The notes beneath the pieces were generated by a model that was not told where the DNA came from, ran no database searches, and saw only the letters and a program-made list of their open reading frames with translations. This document shows, piece after piece, positions 8,463 through 17,664 of a stretch of DNA of 32,000 nucleotides. Source of the DNA: Candidatus Heimdallarchaeota archaeon (GTDB lineage: Archaea; Asgardarchaeota; Heimdallarchaeia; JABLTI01); contig JAUWKS010000012.1 in NCBI GenBank assembly GCA_030614005.1, forward strand, positions 34,276 to 66,275, in the 5' to 3' direction. Each line of letters begins with the position of its first letter. The stretch's first letter is position 1. A program made the translations under genes and the position numbers.

Positions 8463-8567
8463 CTCGTGTCGGAACGACGACCGTTAAAAAAGACCACCGA
8501 AGTGTGGGCTTTTAGGTCGCACGAGGGGAGCGTTCAGCGACAGTTTTTTGGTCAAGGACATTCCCTC
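8463..8567. other. GC-rich multi-stem structured non-coding element
   Basis: 45 of 80 nt are G/C over 8463-8542 in an AT-rich background. Nested inverted repeats: TGTCG/CGACA, GAACG/CGTTC, CGACC/GGTCG, AAAAGACCAC/GTGGGCTTTT. Alternative pairings: CTCGTG/CACGAG and GAGGGGA/TTCCCTC. Confidence 0.6.
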
Positions 8568-8634
8568 TTACTTCTGAGCTGTGAATTTTTCTCAAAATTT
8601 TTTTGCTTCTTAAAATTGCAGAGTTATTCTTAAA

Positions 8635-10281
8635 TTACTCTTTTTCCGTACATAATACAAAAAATGTTTTTACATACTGGTGTAGGACAGAATTTTGAAT
8701 AGTGTTTGTTTTTACTATTTCTATTCCAAACCGATTTTTCAAATCTGTATAAAGTCTCTTACTATTATTTAGAACAATTAGATAATCCTTGCAGTATGCC
8801 AAAGATTTCAATAAGACAAGTAAGTTATCATTAGGTTTTAGATTTAATCTAGCTATAGTTTTCCTCGAACGGAAATGATAATGATCATTTTGTTCAAGAA
8901 AAAGCATTAACTGATGAGGTACGTTAGAGAATAAAGGTAGAAGCTTGAGAAGATGAGTGATAGGAAGATTTCCAGTGTATTCATAAGCAGCTAACCGACC
9001 TTTTTTTATTTCCAAAAAATCTGCTAAATCTTGCTGAGTCCAATGGTTATTTTTACGAACTTTTCGCAAATAATTAGTGCAATCCGGAATTAGAAGCATA
9101 GGGAGAAGTTCAAAATTAAAGAAAGTAGTATCATTTATGGTAATAAGAGCTTCAGGATTAATGTCTTTAACATACAAACGTTCGAATAATTTTGTTTTCC
9201 TGCTCTTTAGATATTGTAATAAATACTCTATCTTAGTTATATGCCTTGATTTAAGATAATTACCTATTATATCTTTAGAGATTGCCATAATTTGAAGAAC
9301 ATAACTTTCACCATAAATTGATTTGTGATGATAAATGGAATACTTAATTTTATATTGATCCAATACTTTTCCAAAAGCTTGTACAAATTGTCTTGATGCA
9401 GATGAAAAACTAATACCTCTAATATAAGAACCATCAGCATCCAATACTCCACTCCAGAATTCCCAGCGAAGAGTCTCATCCGACGTAAAAATAAGAGGTT
9501 CTTTCAAGGAATCATATTTTTTCCCAGTAATAGGTTGGTCTGTAAGGAAATTGGTTAACCTAACAATCCATTTGTTATTCAAATGCAACAACCAAATCTT
9601 CTTTTCACCTGATATTTTGCCTTGAATACCAAATAATTGATTTGCTAATTTTTGCATCATAAGCATGTGGTCTTGTGAGAAATCCACCAATTCTATATTA
9701 TGGTAGTTCAAGTGACCATCACCAATGACTACTCCCAAAAAATAAGCTAAATCTTTTGAGAGTCTTGTAGGCATATGGAAGTGTTCTCCCCGAGCAGATT
9801 GGAAAGGAACATATTCTTGTGTGAGGAATTCTTGCCAAAAGTCACTTAACCGGAAAAGAGGGAAAGGCAGTCGCTGCTGGTTTTCAGTATAGTCGATGAT
9901 CTTTTGTTGCCACTTCTTGATAGAATAAGCAATAGCTGTATCTTGAAAATAATAACTGCATCGCTCAGCTAAAGCAAGTGATTGTTTTCTAATCTGTTGG
10001 GAAATCTCACAAGGTAATGTAACATAAGGCAATCGCTGTAATAATCGTTCTCCTGACTTAAAATCGATTTTACGAATCAAAATGGAGTAAAGATTTAGGA
10101 TATTAGGTTCAAGGAATATTTTTGATTGCTTATTCAGCTCAATTAGTTTATTCGCTGTTAGCCACTGGTTTTTAGGTGTGGGCAAGTTATCAATAAGCAA
10201 AAAGTCTGTTTGCCAAGATTTAGGGATTTCATCAAACATCTTATTGAGTACTTTGTAATTGGGAATATAAAACTCCCCCAA
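8635..10281 (-). CDS. Stand-alone LAGLIDADG endonuclease-family protein with an XRE-type HTH
   Basis: Two motifs, LAYFLGVVIGDGHL and FWSGVLDADGS. HTH LRKVRKNNHWTQQDLADFLEIKKGRLAAYE. No intein splicing motifs seen. Confidence 0.85.
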   Translation of the reverse strand: MGEFYIPNYKVLNKMFDEIPKSWQTDFLLIDNLPTPKNQWLTANKLIELNKQSKIFLEPNILNLYSILIRKIDFKSGERLLQRLPYVTLPCEISQQIRKQSLALAERCSYYFQDTAIAYSIKKWQQKIIDYTENQQRLPFPLFRLSDFWQEFLTQEYVPFQSARGEHFHMPTRLSKDLAYFLGVVIGDGHLNYHNIELVDFSQDHMLMMQKLANQLFGIQGKISGEKKIWLLHLNNKWIVRLTNFLTDQPITGKKYDSLKEPLIFTSDETLRWEFWSGVLDADGSYIRGISFSSASRQFVQAFGKVLDQYKIKYSIYHHKSIYGESYVLQIMAISKDIIGNYLKSRHITKIEYLLQYLKSRKTKLFERLYVKDINPEALITINDTTFFNFELLPMLLIPDCTNYLRKVRKNNHWTQQDLADFLEIKKGRLAAYEYTGNLPITHLLKLLPLFSNVPHQLMLFLEQNDHYHFRSRKTIARLNLKPNDNLLVLLKSLAYCKDYLIVLNNSKRLYTDLKNRFGIEIVKTNTIQNSVLHQYVKTFFVLCTEKE

Positions 10282-10284
10282 AAA

Positions 10285-10734
10285 CTACTTGAAATACTTC
10301 TCTTTTTGAATTAACCATTCAACTTTGTAGGCTGCTAAATCATTTACAGAAAAAAATTCATATCCTGCTTTCCAAAGGATTAAACCAATTATTATAGCTG
10401 ATCGACCAAGAACATCAGTGATATCAATTAGTAATTCCTCTTTGGTTATATCATAATAATGTTGCAGGTAATATTCAGAGAGAAAGAGCATTTCAAGGGA
10501 ATTTTGAGATGAATCCAATTGATAAAGTGCTCCTGCAAGATAAATTCGAGCTAAATCGCTTTCAGTAGAAATTAACTCATGTTTAATTTGATTAAATGTA
10601 ACCTCATTAGTAAAGGTAGCAAGAGCCCAACAAGCTTTTGCTCTAACCACAACGTCGTCATTTTCAACCAGTAAAGCTATAGACTGCATGTCATTTGTAC
10701 TAAATAATTCAGTAAGCAGAGCTTCTCTATTCAT
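10285..10734 (-). CDS. HEAT-repeat protein
   Basis: VVVRAKACWALATF and LARIYLAGALYQL resemble HEAT_2/PBS-lyase repeats. Coupled to both neighbours (3 and 12 nt gaps). Confidence 0.65.
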   Translation of the reverse strand: MNREALLTELFSTNDMQSIALLVENDDVVVRAKACWALATFTNEVTFNQIKHELISTESDLARIYLAGALYQLDSSQNSLEMLFLSEYYLQHYYDITKEELLIDITDVLGRSAIIIGLILWKAGYEFFSVNDLAAYKVEWLIQKEKYFK

Positions 10735-10746
10735 AGTATGGAATCC

Positions 10747-12846
10747 TCATTCAATATGAATTTCAACATTATCTACCCAAGATGTTACACCAAATAAACT
10801 TTGTTGACTCTCAAGAAATGATTTATTGACTTTCACATAAAGAATAGCTTTGTCGGCATTAAGAAGGTTTTTTCGAAACTCAAGTAAATTTGCTGCTTCT
10901 TTTATTAGGTGTGGAAGATCTGGTTCGTAAGAGATATTACTCCGATCTTTACAGCTGACTAATATCATCTTGTCATTTTGGAAGGCAATATGATCAATTT
11001 CAAATGGCTTACTGATATTTGAAAGGAAAACATTTGAAGCTACTTGATAGTCTTCTGTTATTAGCCTATCTCGTATTTCTTGCTCATAAGTTGTTCCATC
11101 TCCTCTTCGATTTTTAATATCATGAACTTTTATTGATAATGGCAATTTTTCTTGTAGTTGTTTTTTATATTGAAGAAGAACTAGCAAGTTTGAATTCTGT
11201 GTTAATTGATACTTGAGTTCGAGTATTCCAAAATAATCCTTCTCAACTAGAAATGAATGAATCATTTGAAATACTGTACGTCTATTTGGTTCGATAACTT
11301 TTTCAGAAATTACACCTAAATCAACATTCGTTTGTTGAGATTCTCTGTTAACAACATCTTTTATGTAAGAATAGAGTAATTGGAAGTCAGTTACTGAAAT
11401 ATTCATCAATAGGCAGTATTCAGTAATATTGGGTGAGTTTAAAGAGGTGATTACTGACAAACATTCTAATGCTTCATTTTGCAATTCTGCCTTAGATACA
11501 ACTTCGCTTGTTATAGGATGAATTTGACTTGATTTATTTTCAGTTAGTAAAGCTTGTTTTTTTGAGTATTCTAACATAGAGTCAATTATTAAATCTAGTG
11601 AATCCCTTATGTTCATAGTAGCCGATAAACCAATGAGAAGAACCCCACAAGATAAACCATATTGTTTAGTTATTTGAAAATGAGTGTGTAAACGCAAAAT
11701 ATCTTGATTAATAAATAAGAATGGAAACACATACACAAATTTATTAATTTTTCTTGTTGTGTGTAATAAATCTGCTATTGCATATTCAAGCTCACTACTA
11801 AGTGTTTTATCTGATGTTTTTATCTCACACAGTAGTAGAAATTGTAAACGTTTGTTTACGGCTATTACATCAACAATTTTTCTATTACCATTGATATTTT
11901 CATCTGAATTATTGAAGTTTAATAATACTTCAGGTAGTAGTATCAAATCTCTTGTGGTTGCAAATTGTTTTATAATATTCCTAACCAACAACTCATATGA
12001 GAAATCGCAATGGTCACCCAATGCACTGGAATATGACTTGAGAGTTTTGAGAGAAAGGCCTCTGCACTCAAGAAGAGACATTAGTTGTAAATCTTTTTCT
12101 GCAATTTCTGTTAACTCAAAATCTGGAGATGAGAATAAAACCGTAATTGATTTTCTTTTCCCACAATAAGGAAAATAAAGACATTTCTCAGGCTTTCTTC
12201 CAGTGTGCTGTCTGATTATTCGAGTTTCAATAATCATTGTTTCTTCACCATCTTTAGAAGCAATTACTAATTCTGATTTTTTAAACCAATCTTTGATGTA
12301 ATGATTCAATTGGTATGACAAGGAAATAGATCCACCATCTGTTAATGTTCCAATTGCCTTAATAAAAAGTAAACCTTTATCTCTATAGATTGTGAATTTA
12401 CGATTTCCTTTACCGCCATTGATAATGGGTGTTAGTAAGCATACGTTCGGTAGTTGTACGGAATTTAATAGAGTTAGAGCTTTTTGATACTTCTTTGTTG
12501 GTATAAAGTATGAGTTATTTATCATATTAATCTGGCAAATAATTATTTCCCTATGTTGGAAATCTGATGAATTTGAAAGATGAATGTATATACCATTTTT
12601 AATTTTAGTAATTTTAATGAGAATGTTAAGGTAATGGGTTCCTGCTGAAACTGACTTGATTTGTATTTGCAATATGTTAGATCTATTTCCAATTTCAAAC
12701 CATTGAGTTATTTCCTTTGGTATGTTGATTATGCTATTTTTTAATATCCGTCCCTTTAATTCTATTATTCCATTAGAATATATACTAAAACCATTTTTCT
12801 TTGATGTCATATCTTTTTGAAAGACTAATTCCTTTTCCATTTTCAT
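10747..12846 (-). CDS. Multidomain protein with two PD-(D/E)XK nuclease-like domains and an AbrB-like beta-rich N-terminus (ORF could extend to 12945)
   Basis: KIVDVIAV...LLCEIKT and YEQEI...FEIDHIAF...LVSCKD. N-terminal GRILKNSIINIPKEITQWF is AbrB-like. ATG at 12846 is preferred over TTG at 12945. Confidence 0.6.
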   Translation of the reverse strand: MKMEKELVFQKDMTSKKNGFSIYSNGIIELKGRILKNSIINIPKEITQWFEIGNRSNILQIQIKSVSAGTHYLNILIKITKIKNGIYIHLSNSSDFQHREIIICQINMINNSYFIPTKKYQKALTLLNSVQLPNVCLLTPIINGGKGNRKFTIYRDKGLLFIKAIGTLTDGGSISLSYQLNHYIKDWFKKSELVIASKDGEETMIIETRIIRQHTGRKPEKCLYFPYCGKRKSITVLFSSPDFELTEIAEKDLQLMSLLECRGLSLKTLKSYSSALGDHCDFSYELLVRNIIKQFATTRDLILLPEVLLNFNNSDENINGNRKIVDVIAVNKRLQFLLLCEIKTSDKTLSSELEYAIADLLHTTRKINKFVYVFPFLFINQDILRLHTHFQITKQYGLSCGVLLIGLSATMNIRDSLDLIIDSMLEYSKKQALLTENKSSQIHPITSEVVSKAELQNEALECLSVITSLNSPNITEYCLLMNISVTDFQLLYSYIKDVVNRESQQTNVDLGVISEKVIEPNRRTVFQMIHSFLVEKDYFGILELKYQLTQNSNLLVLLQYKKQLQEKLPLSIKVHDIKNRRGDGTTYEQEIRDRLITEDYQVASNVFLSNISKPFEIDHIAFQNDKMILVSCKDRSNISYEPDLPHLIKEAANLLEFRKNLLNADKAILYVKVNKSFLESQQSLFGVTSWVDNVEIHIE

Positions 12847-12997
12847 AGTTTTTGAGATATTGTTTCCTAACACCAGAGTCATAATTATCAATATAATATA
12901 AGAGTAAGGAGTTATAAGTATTTTGTGGAAATCCAAACTTTCCAAAATATGCTTAAATTGCGAAAAATACTTAATCTATAAGGTAAAATAAGTAACT

Positions 12998-13165
12998 ATG
13001 AAATTCATAGGTAGCGCTAAACTCTACGGAAAAAATCAAATCACCGTCCCAAAAGAAGTAGTAGAAGAATTGAAGTTAAAACAAGGAACACAAATCATCT
13101 TCCTTCAAAACGATGAAGGTTACGTGTATATCGTAACTGAAGTTGCTTTACCATCTAAAGAATAA
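12998..13165 (+). CDS. AbrB/MazE/SpoVT-family DNA-binding protein (55 aa; not in the ORF track)
   Basis: Hand translation MKFIGSAKLYGKNQITVPKEVVEELKLKQGTQIIFLQNDEGYVYIVTEVALPSKE fits the AbrB pattern. Divergent from 12846 and followed by a T-tract. Confidence 0.85.
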   Translation: MKFIGSAKLYGKNQITVPKEVVEELKLKQGTQIIFLQNDEGYVYIVTEVALPSKE

Positions 13166-13621
13166 GAGAGCCCTATTGATTCTTTTTTTTTAGATTCTTA
13201 GGAACAGTTCGTGTGTCAAATCGTAAACAATTATCATCAACATACTCTCCGGAATTATCCCAATGTGTCATTTTTAACATACTTTTATCAGTACTTATAC
13301 ACTTATCTTCAGTTAATCCTTCTCGTAATATTTGGAAACTCAAGTAAGAAAAAGGATCATAAGGAGGGAAAGGTGATAATTTAACCTTTTACAAGATGAA
13401 AAAGTATTAATTTTCATTACAAGTGAAGTTGAAATATCGTATCCAAAGGGCTAATAGAGATGAAAAGTCAAGGATTATTTGACCAGTAAACAAAATTAGT
13501 AAAGACGACTGATTTAGAATTTGACAGATTGAAAAGTTCAACTAGTAAAGCAAACCAAAAATTGAAATATATACTAGAATAAAAAGATCTTATTCTAATG
13601 AGTATTAAGCAATGACTAGAC

Positions 13622-16540
13622 TTAAATTTTATAATTTATACAATCATCTGAATGAAACTCTTTTTTCTTGCAGAAAAATGGTAGTCCAGGTTTTATAAGG
13701 TTTTTATTTTCTTCTTCAAAATGCTTACATGCGTTATTCAATTTAAGAAGTAGTTCTAATGGATCAAAAATTTTTTCAGTATCTTTTAATCCATAAAAAT
13801 AGGCTTTTCTTACAGCGTTATCTAGTTCTTCATGTAATTTTTTTAGAATATTATCTCCGGGTAATTCTAAGGTTCTATATATTTCTCTTAATGACAAATG
13901 CTTTTCGTCTCTTAGTTTGTTCCGGGTTATTCTTAATTCTCTAGCTTTATTTGCTACATCAATACAGAGTTTAACTTTTTCATCCAAGTTATCTTGAATA
14001 TCAATATCATTTATAACACCAAATTGAGGCCAGGGAAAAGTATTATAGATTGTTGTTATTGTATATCTATAATCTCCTTTCAAAGTTGAACAACGTGCTT
14101 TTATCCATTCCCAATGAAATGAACTCTGTAAAATACCAAATGAATAATCATCACCTAAAGGAAATGCTATTAGTGCATCATTTGGTCGAATATTTGATGA
14201 AACAAAATCAAATATGGATCTTTTTGCAACCCGACTACAAGCAATGTATCTTGGAATATTCTTGATTAGGTTAATTAAATCCTTTCTAGTTCTCCAAAAT
14301 AACCACCATTTCTTTAAATGATTTTGACGAACGGTATCTTTTTTCTCTAGTTTTTCATATAGCTTCATTTCTTCATCAGCTTTTTGTTCAATTGTTGGGA
14401 GAACCTTTTGTTTTATTATTTTAAATGGGGTTTTAAATTTCTGTGCATCAAATAAAGACATCGATTGAAAATCTATCACTAATCGGTCTGGTCGAGATTT
14501 TATATTACCCAGCATTGCGTTTGCTATTAAGTAAGGAAAAATTACTTCTCTCGCTTTAGGTTCCTTTTTGAAAATATCTTTAGCTTGTTGTCGAGATAAA
14601 ATAAACCCACTGTGTCCATGAGTTTGACCTTGGTAACAAGTTCTTGAATTCTTATTTGTAATTAATGCTTTTGCTGAGATGACATCTAATTTTGGTGAAA
14701 GAGAAGAAGGTATCCATTTTAGATCATATTCCTCGAGCAAATTATTGGGGTTTTTCTCATCATAGAATAGTAATTTCTTATTCTTAGATTCATCAGTCTC
14801 TCCCTTAATCCAATTTACAATGGATACGTGAACTTGAGCTTCCCCACTCCAAGGCATAGTGGAAACAGCTTCTATAATAGTTCCATTATTTTCAATAATA
14901 TACTCCAACCCATCTTTTTTTGAATAAGTTTGTCTAATTGTATTTGTACCAACAAGTCCTGCTTTACCACCTTCCTTTAACTTGTTATGAGCTTTGCGAA
15001 ACCAATAAACACAGTAATCTACTCTACCATTTACATCTGGATATTGTTTTCTTAACTTCTCCACATATTCTGGTCCAAATTCTTCAATCATCTTATTTTT
15101 AGCCTGAAAAGGAGGATTACCAATGATTATATCTGCTTCGGGCCAGTCAATAAATAGGGCATCATCAATGATGAAATTTGTATTTAGATTATCAAAAGGT
15201 AATGGACTCTCTGCATCATAATTCAACAAACGCTGACTATTGAATTCATTAAAAGTATCTATTGCATCTTTCTTAGCGAATGATAATGTTATTTTAGCAA
15301 GTTCAATAGCAAAAGGATTAGTATCAATTCCGAAAAATTGTGTTGATTTAATTTTAGATTGTAAAGAATGTTTTTTCTTTTCAAGTGATGGATATTCAGT
15401 TATCATTTTTCGTATTAAATCAAGTTCAATATGTTTTAATTCCCTAAACGCTACAGAGAGAAAATTACCACTTCCACAAGCAGGATCTAGAATTCTCATT
15501 TCACTTAAAGAGTTCCAAATCCTCTCCAACTCTTTTAATGATTTTGCCTCAGTTATTTTTAATCTAATCGGTCGAAGAATAGTTGGTTCTACTATTTTCA
15601 TAATGTCTGATTCTCTTGTATAATGAGCACCATATTTGTGACGTTCATCTTTTCTTAGACTTGATTCAAATATATTGCCAAAAATAGCAGGTTGGATTTT
15701 AGACCAATCATGAAGAGCTACTGCGTGTAAATTTTCCAATTCACTCTTGCTTAATTCAATAGGTTGAATGATTTTAAAAATATCACCATCAAAATATGAA
15801 ACTTCTTTAAATCTACCTCCTGTTTCTTTTTTTGTTGAATTCATCTTAGTAAAAAGTAATTTAAAAAGATCGTAGCTATTAGCTCCATTTATACAATCTT
15901 GAATTAATTCTGTGAAAAAACCTCGAACTGGAAATAAACCAGTATCTTCAGCAAAAAAACAAACTAAACATTGGAGTGTAAACCTTTGAGCTTTTTCATA
16001 ATTAACACCTCTCTTTATTAAACTCAAATATAATTTTGCTATTTTTTGTGCTGCTACTTCTGTAACAGCAACTCTATCATTATTGAATATCGGTTTTATA
16101 TCTCTTCCATGGTAAAGAAATGATAAAGCTCTCCATCTTTTCGCTAAATTATCTATATGTATTATATCAACTGGATCGGGTTGTTTGTTCCAATCAAATA
16201 TCCAAAATTCATCAAAATTACACAAAATGACATAAGAAGGTCGCAATTTATAGATGTTTATCCAGTAGAATTTAGCTTGACTTATATGTTTGTTTAAATC
16301 TTCACCTCTTGATTTCATTTCTATCAATACTCTTTCAGGCCAAAATAAGTCTGCATAATAGGTTTTATTTTCGATTTTTATAGAGGCTTCAAAAGAAGCA
16401 CCACACTCAAAAACCCCTTCATGTCCAAATGCTTCGAATAAATGGTTCAAGAATGTTTGGGATTCCTGTTTTTCTCTACCAGATAATTTTTTTGCAAAAG
16501 ATAGAAATTCTTCAAGGTTGCTTTCAATTAGCTTTGTCAT
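13622..16540 (-). CDS. MmeI/YeeA-like (Type IIL/IIG) fused restriction endonuclease and N6-adenine methyltransferase
   Basis: N-terminal ADLFWPERVLIEMKS nuclease motif, GAHYT, motif I LDPACGSGNFL, motif IV IGNPPF, and an MmeI-like C-terminal TRD (YGILQS-type region FGILQSSFHWEW, YRYT, TFPWP). Confidence 0.9.
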   Translation of the reverse strand: MTKLIESNLEEFLSFAKKLSGREKQESQTFLNHLFEAFGHEGVFECGASFEASIKIENKTYYADLFWPERVLIEMKSRGEDLNKHISQAKFYWINIYKLRPSYVILCNFDEFWIFDWNKQPDPVDIIHIDNLAKRWRALSFLYHGRDIKPIFNNDRVAVTEVAAQKIAKLYLSLIKRGVNYEKAQRFTLQCLVCFFAEDTGLFPVRGFFTELIQDCINGANSYDLFKLLFTKMNSTKKETGGRFKEVSYFDGDIFKIIQPIELSKSELENLHAVALHDWSKIQPAIFGNIFESSLRKDERHKYGAHYTRESDIMKIVEPTILRPIRLKITEAKSLKELERIWNSLSEMRILDPACGSGNFLSVAFRELKHIELDLIRKMITEYPSLEKKKHSLQSKIKSTQFFGIDTNPFAIELAKITLSFAKKDAIDTFNEFNSQRLLNYDAESPLPFDNLNTNFIIDDALFIDWPEADIIIGNPPFQAKNKMIEEFGPEYVEKLRKQYPDVNGRVDYCVYWFRKAHNKLKEGGKAGLVGTNTIRQTYSKKDGLEYIIENNGTIIEAVSTMPWSGEAQVHVSIVNWIKGETDESKNKKLLFYDEKNPNNLLEEYDLKWIPSSLSPKLDVISAKALITNKNSRTCYQGQTHGHSGFILSRQQAKDIFKKEPKAREVIFPYLIANAMLGNIKSRPDRLVIDFQSMSLFDAQKFKTPFKIIKQKVLPTIEQKADEEMKLYEKLEKKDTVRQNHLKKWWLFWRTRKDLINLIKNIPRYIACSRVAKRSIFDFVSSNIRPNDALIAFPLGDDYSFGILQSSFHWEWIKARCSTLKGDYRYTITTIYNTFPWPQFGVINDIDIQDNLDEKVKLCIDVANKARELRITRNKLRDEKHLSLREIYRTLELPGDNILKKLHEELDNAVRKAYFYGLKDTEKIFDPLELLLKLNNACKHFEEENKNLIKPGLPFFCKKKEFHSDDCINYKI

Positions 16541-16793
16541 TAACTACTTCCTTCTCATTTAGATATAAATAATTGTTGTTTAGAAATTATTAAAATTTGC
16601 GATTGCACAACCGTGTTCTTAACGCTTCCCACATTCTTTTTAGATTATGTAATTAAAGTATTTCTAACTCTTTACTCTGAAACATGTGTTTTTATTTCTC
16701 TATTAGTGAAGGGGAGAAAAAATAAATGAATTTTTTAAGGTGATTTCTTCTTTCTATAAAAAGAACACTTCTATAAAAATATGCTGCTTTTAA

Positions 16794-16829
16794 AGGATGC
16801 CGTGGATTCAAATTCCACCCGGTCCACCA
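16794..16829 (+). repeat. tRNA-Ala 3'-end copy 1 (att/TSD-like)
   Basis: Matches 404-439 at 35/36 (G408 to T). Confidence 0.95.
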
Positions 16830-16944
16830 CTTTCTTTTCTCTTTTCAGACTCGTTCTGTCCTTCTTTTCATTTTTATTTTGTGCTATCTGTTACCATTAA
16901 AATTTAGACTAATAGGACAAAATCATTTTTGTTCATTTTAAAAC

Positions 16945-17443
16945 TTAGAGTTCGAAAAATCTCTTTAGCTTAACAGGATCAGCTCTATCTTCATCATCAA
17001 TTATAATGAATACACCAATATTTCTCTTTATATAGTCCTCATTCTCCATTAACTCTTCTTTTACCTTCCACCCTCCTGTTGCAAATATACCATTGTCCAT
17101 ATCATAGCTTGGGAAGTGTGTATGGCTGATAATTAGCTTGTCAGTTTTGCGGATTTTTGGCAAGAAATTACTATCATTTGTTATCAAGTGGTTCTTCAAG
17201 TTAACTAAAGCTTGGTTCCATGTTTCATTTACTTGCTTCTTCAGACCAATATTATGTCCATGACAGATGATAAACCGCCCTTCTAAAGTGTTTAATTTTA
17301 TATAAGGAACAATTTGGATATCTGGTCTATCGTACAGTAAATTTCCTTCATGTCCCATCCCTCCTGTTACAAAGACAATTTTTTCCTTAATACCTTTTTC
17401 AGCACTCCAAAGCAAAAATGAATCCAGTGCTTCTTTATCCAGT
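16945..17443 (-). pseudogene. 5'-truncated paralogue of the 555-1190 metallophosphoesterase
   Basis: Homology extends upstream to KEALDSF and, after a +1 insertion near 17437, to TG. The first ~48 codons, with GDVH and GDFLD, are missing. In-frame stop at 17458-17460. Confidence 0.9.
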
Positions 17444-17664
17444 ACAATTAGAAGAACTCAACAAATTTTTTTTCAAAACTTTATTGATTTCGTCTTGTGT
17501 TTTTAATGATAACATGTTTTATGATTGCTTATCCGACAAAATCTAAAAGGTTATTCAGTAAGTACAATCTAACATAGGTATCAAGAATTCTTAAATATAA
17601 TTACCTTGAAGTAGTACATGAACTCTTTTGATTAGGAAAAGAGCGGAGGGATTAAAATTTAAAA

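Larger units (their letters stand above)
440..16793. mobile_element. Segment 1: 16.4 kb Cas1-like-encoding element integrated at the tRNA-Ala 3' end
   Basis: Bounded by direct repeats of the tRNA 3' end at an exact offset of 16390. Encodes a Cas1-like protein, helicases, nucleases, AbrB and an MmeI-like R-M enzyme. No PolB and no clear TIR. Confidence 0.8.

Noticed and set aside
8635-10281. Intein or group I intron ORF
   Set aside because: No N-terminal Cys/Ser or C-terminal His-Asn splicing motifs, no interrupted host gene, and no rRNA/tRNA flanks.
12847-12945. N-terminal hydrophobic extension of the 732-aa ORF
   Set aside because: It depends on a TTG start without a clear SD in very AT-rich sequence. 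ATG at 12846 or 12840 is more plausible.
13170-13620. Short minus-strand frame (LSFQILREGL...KKKNQ) and stop-riddled plus-strand fragments
   Set aside because: Under 60 aa with no recognisable motif; may be pseudogene debris but cannot be supported.
440-16793. Canonical casposon
   Set aside because: No family B polymerase and no convincing terminal inverted repeats.
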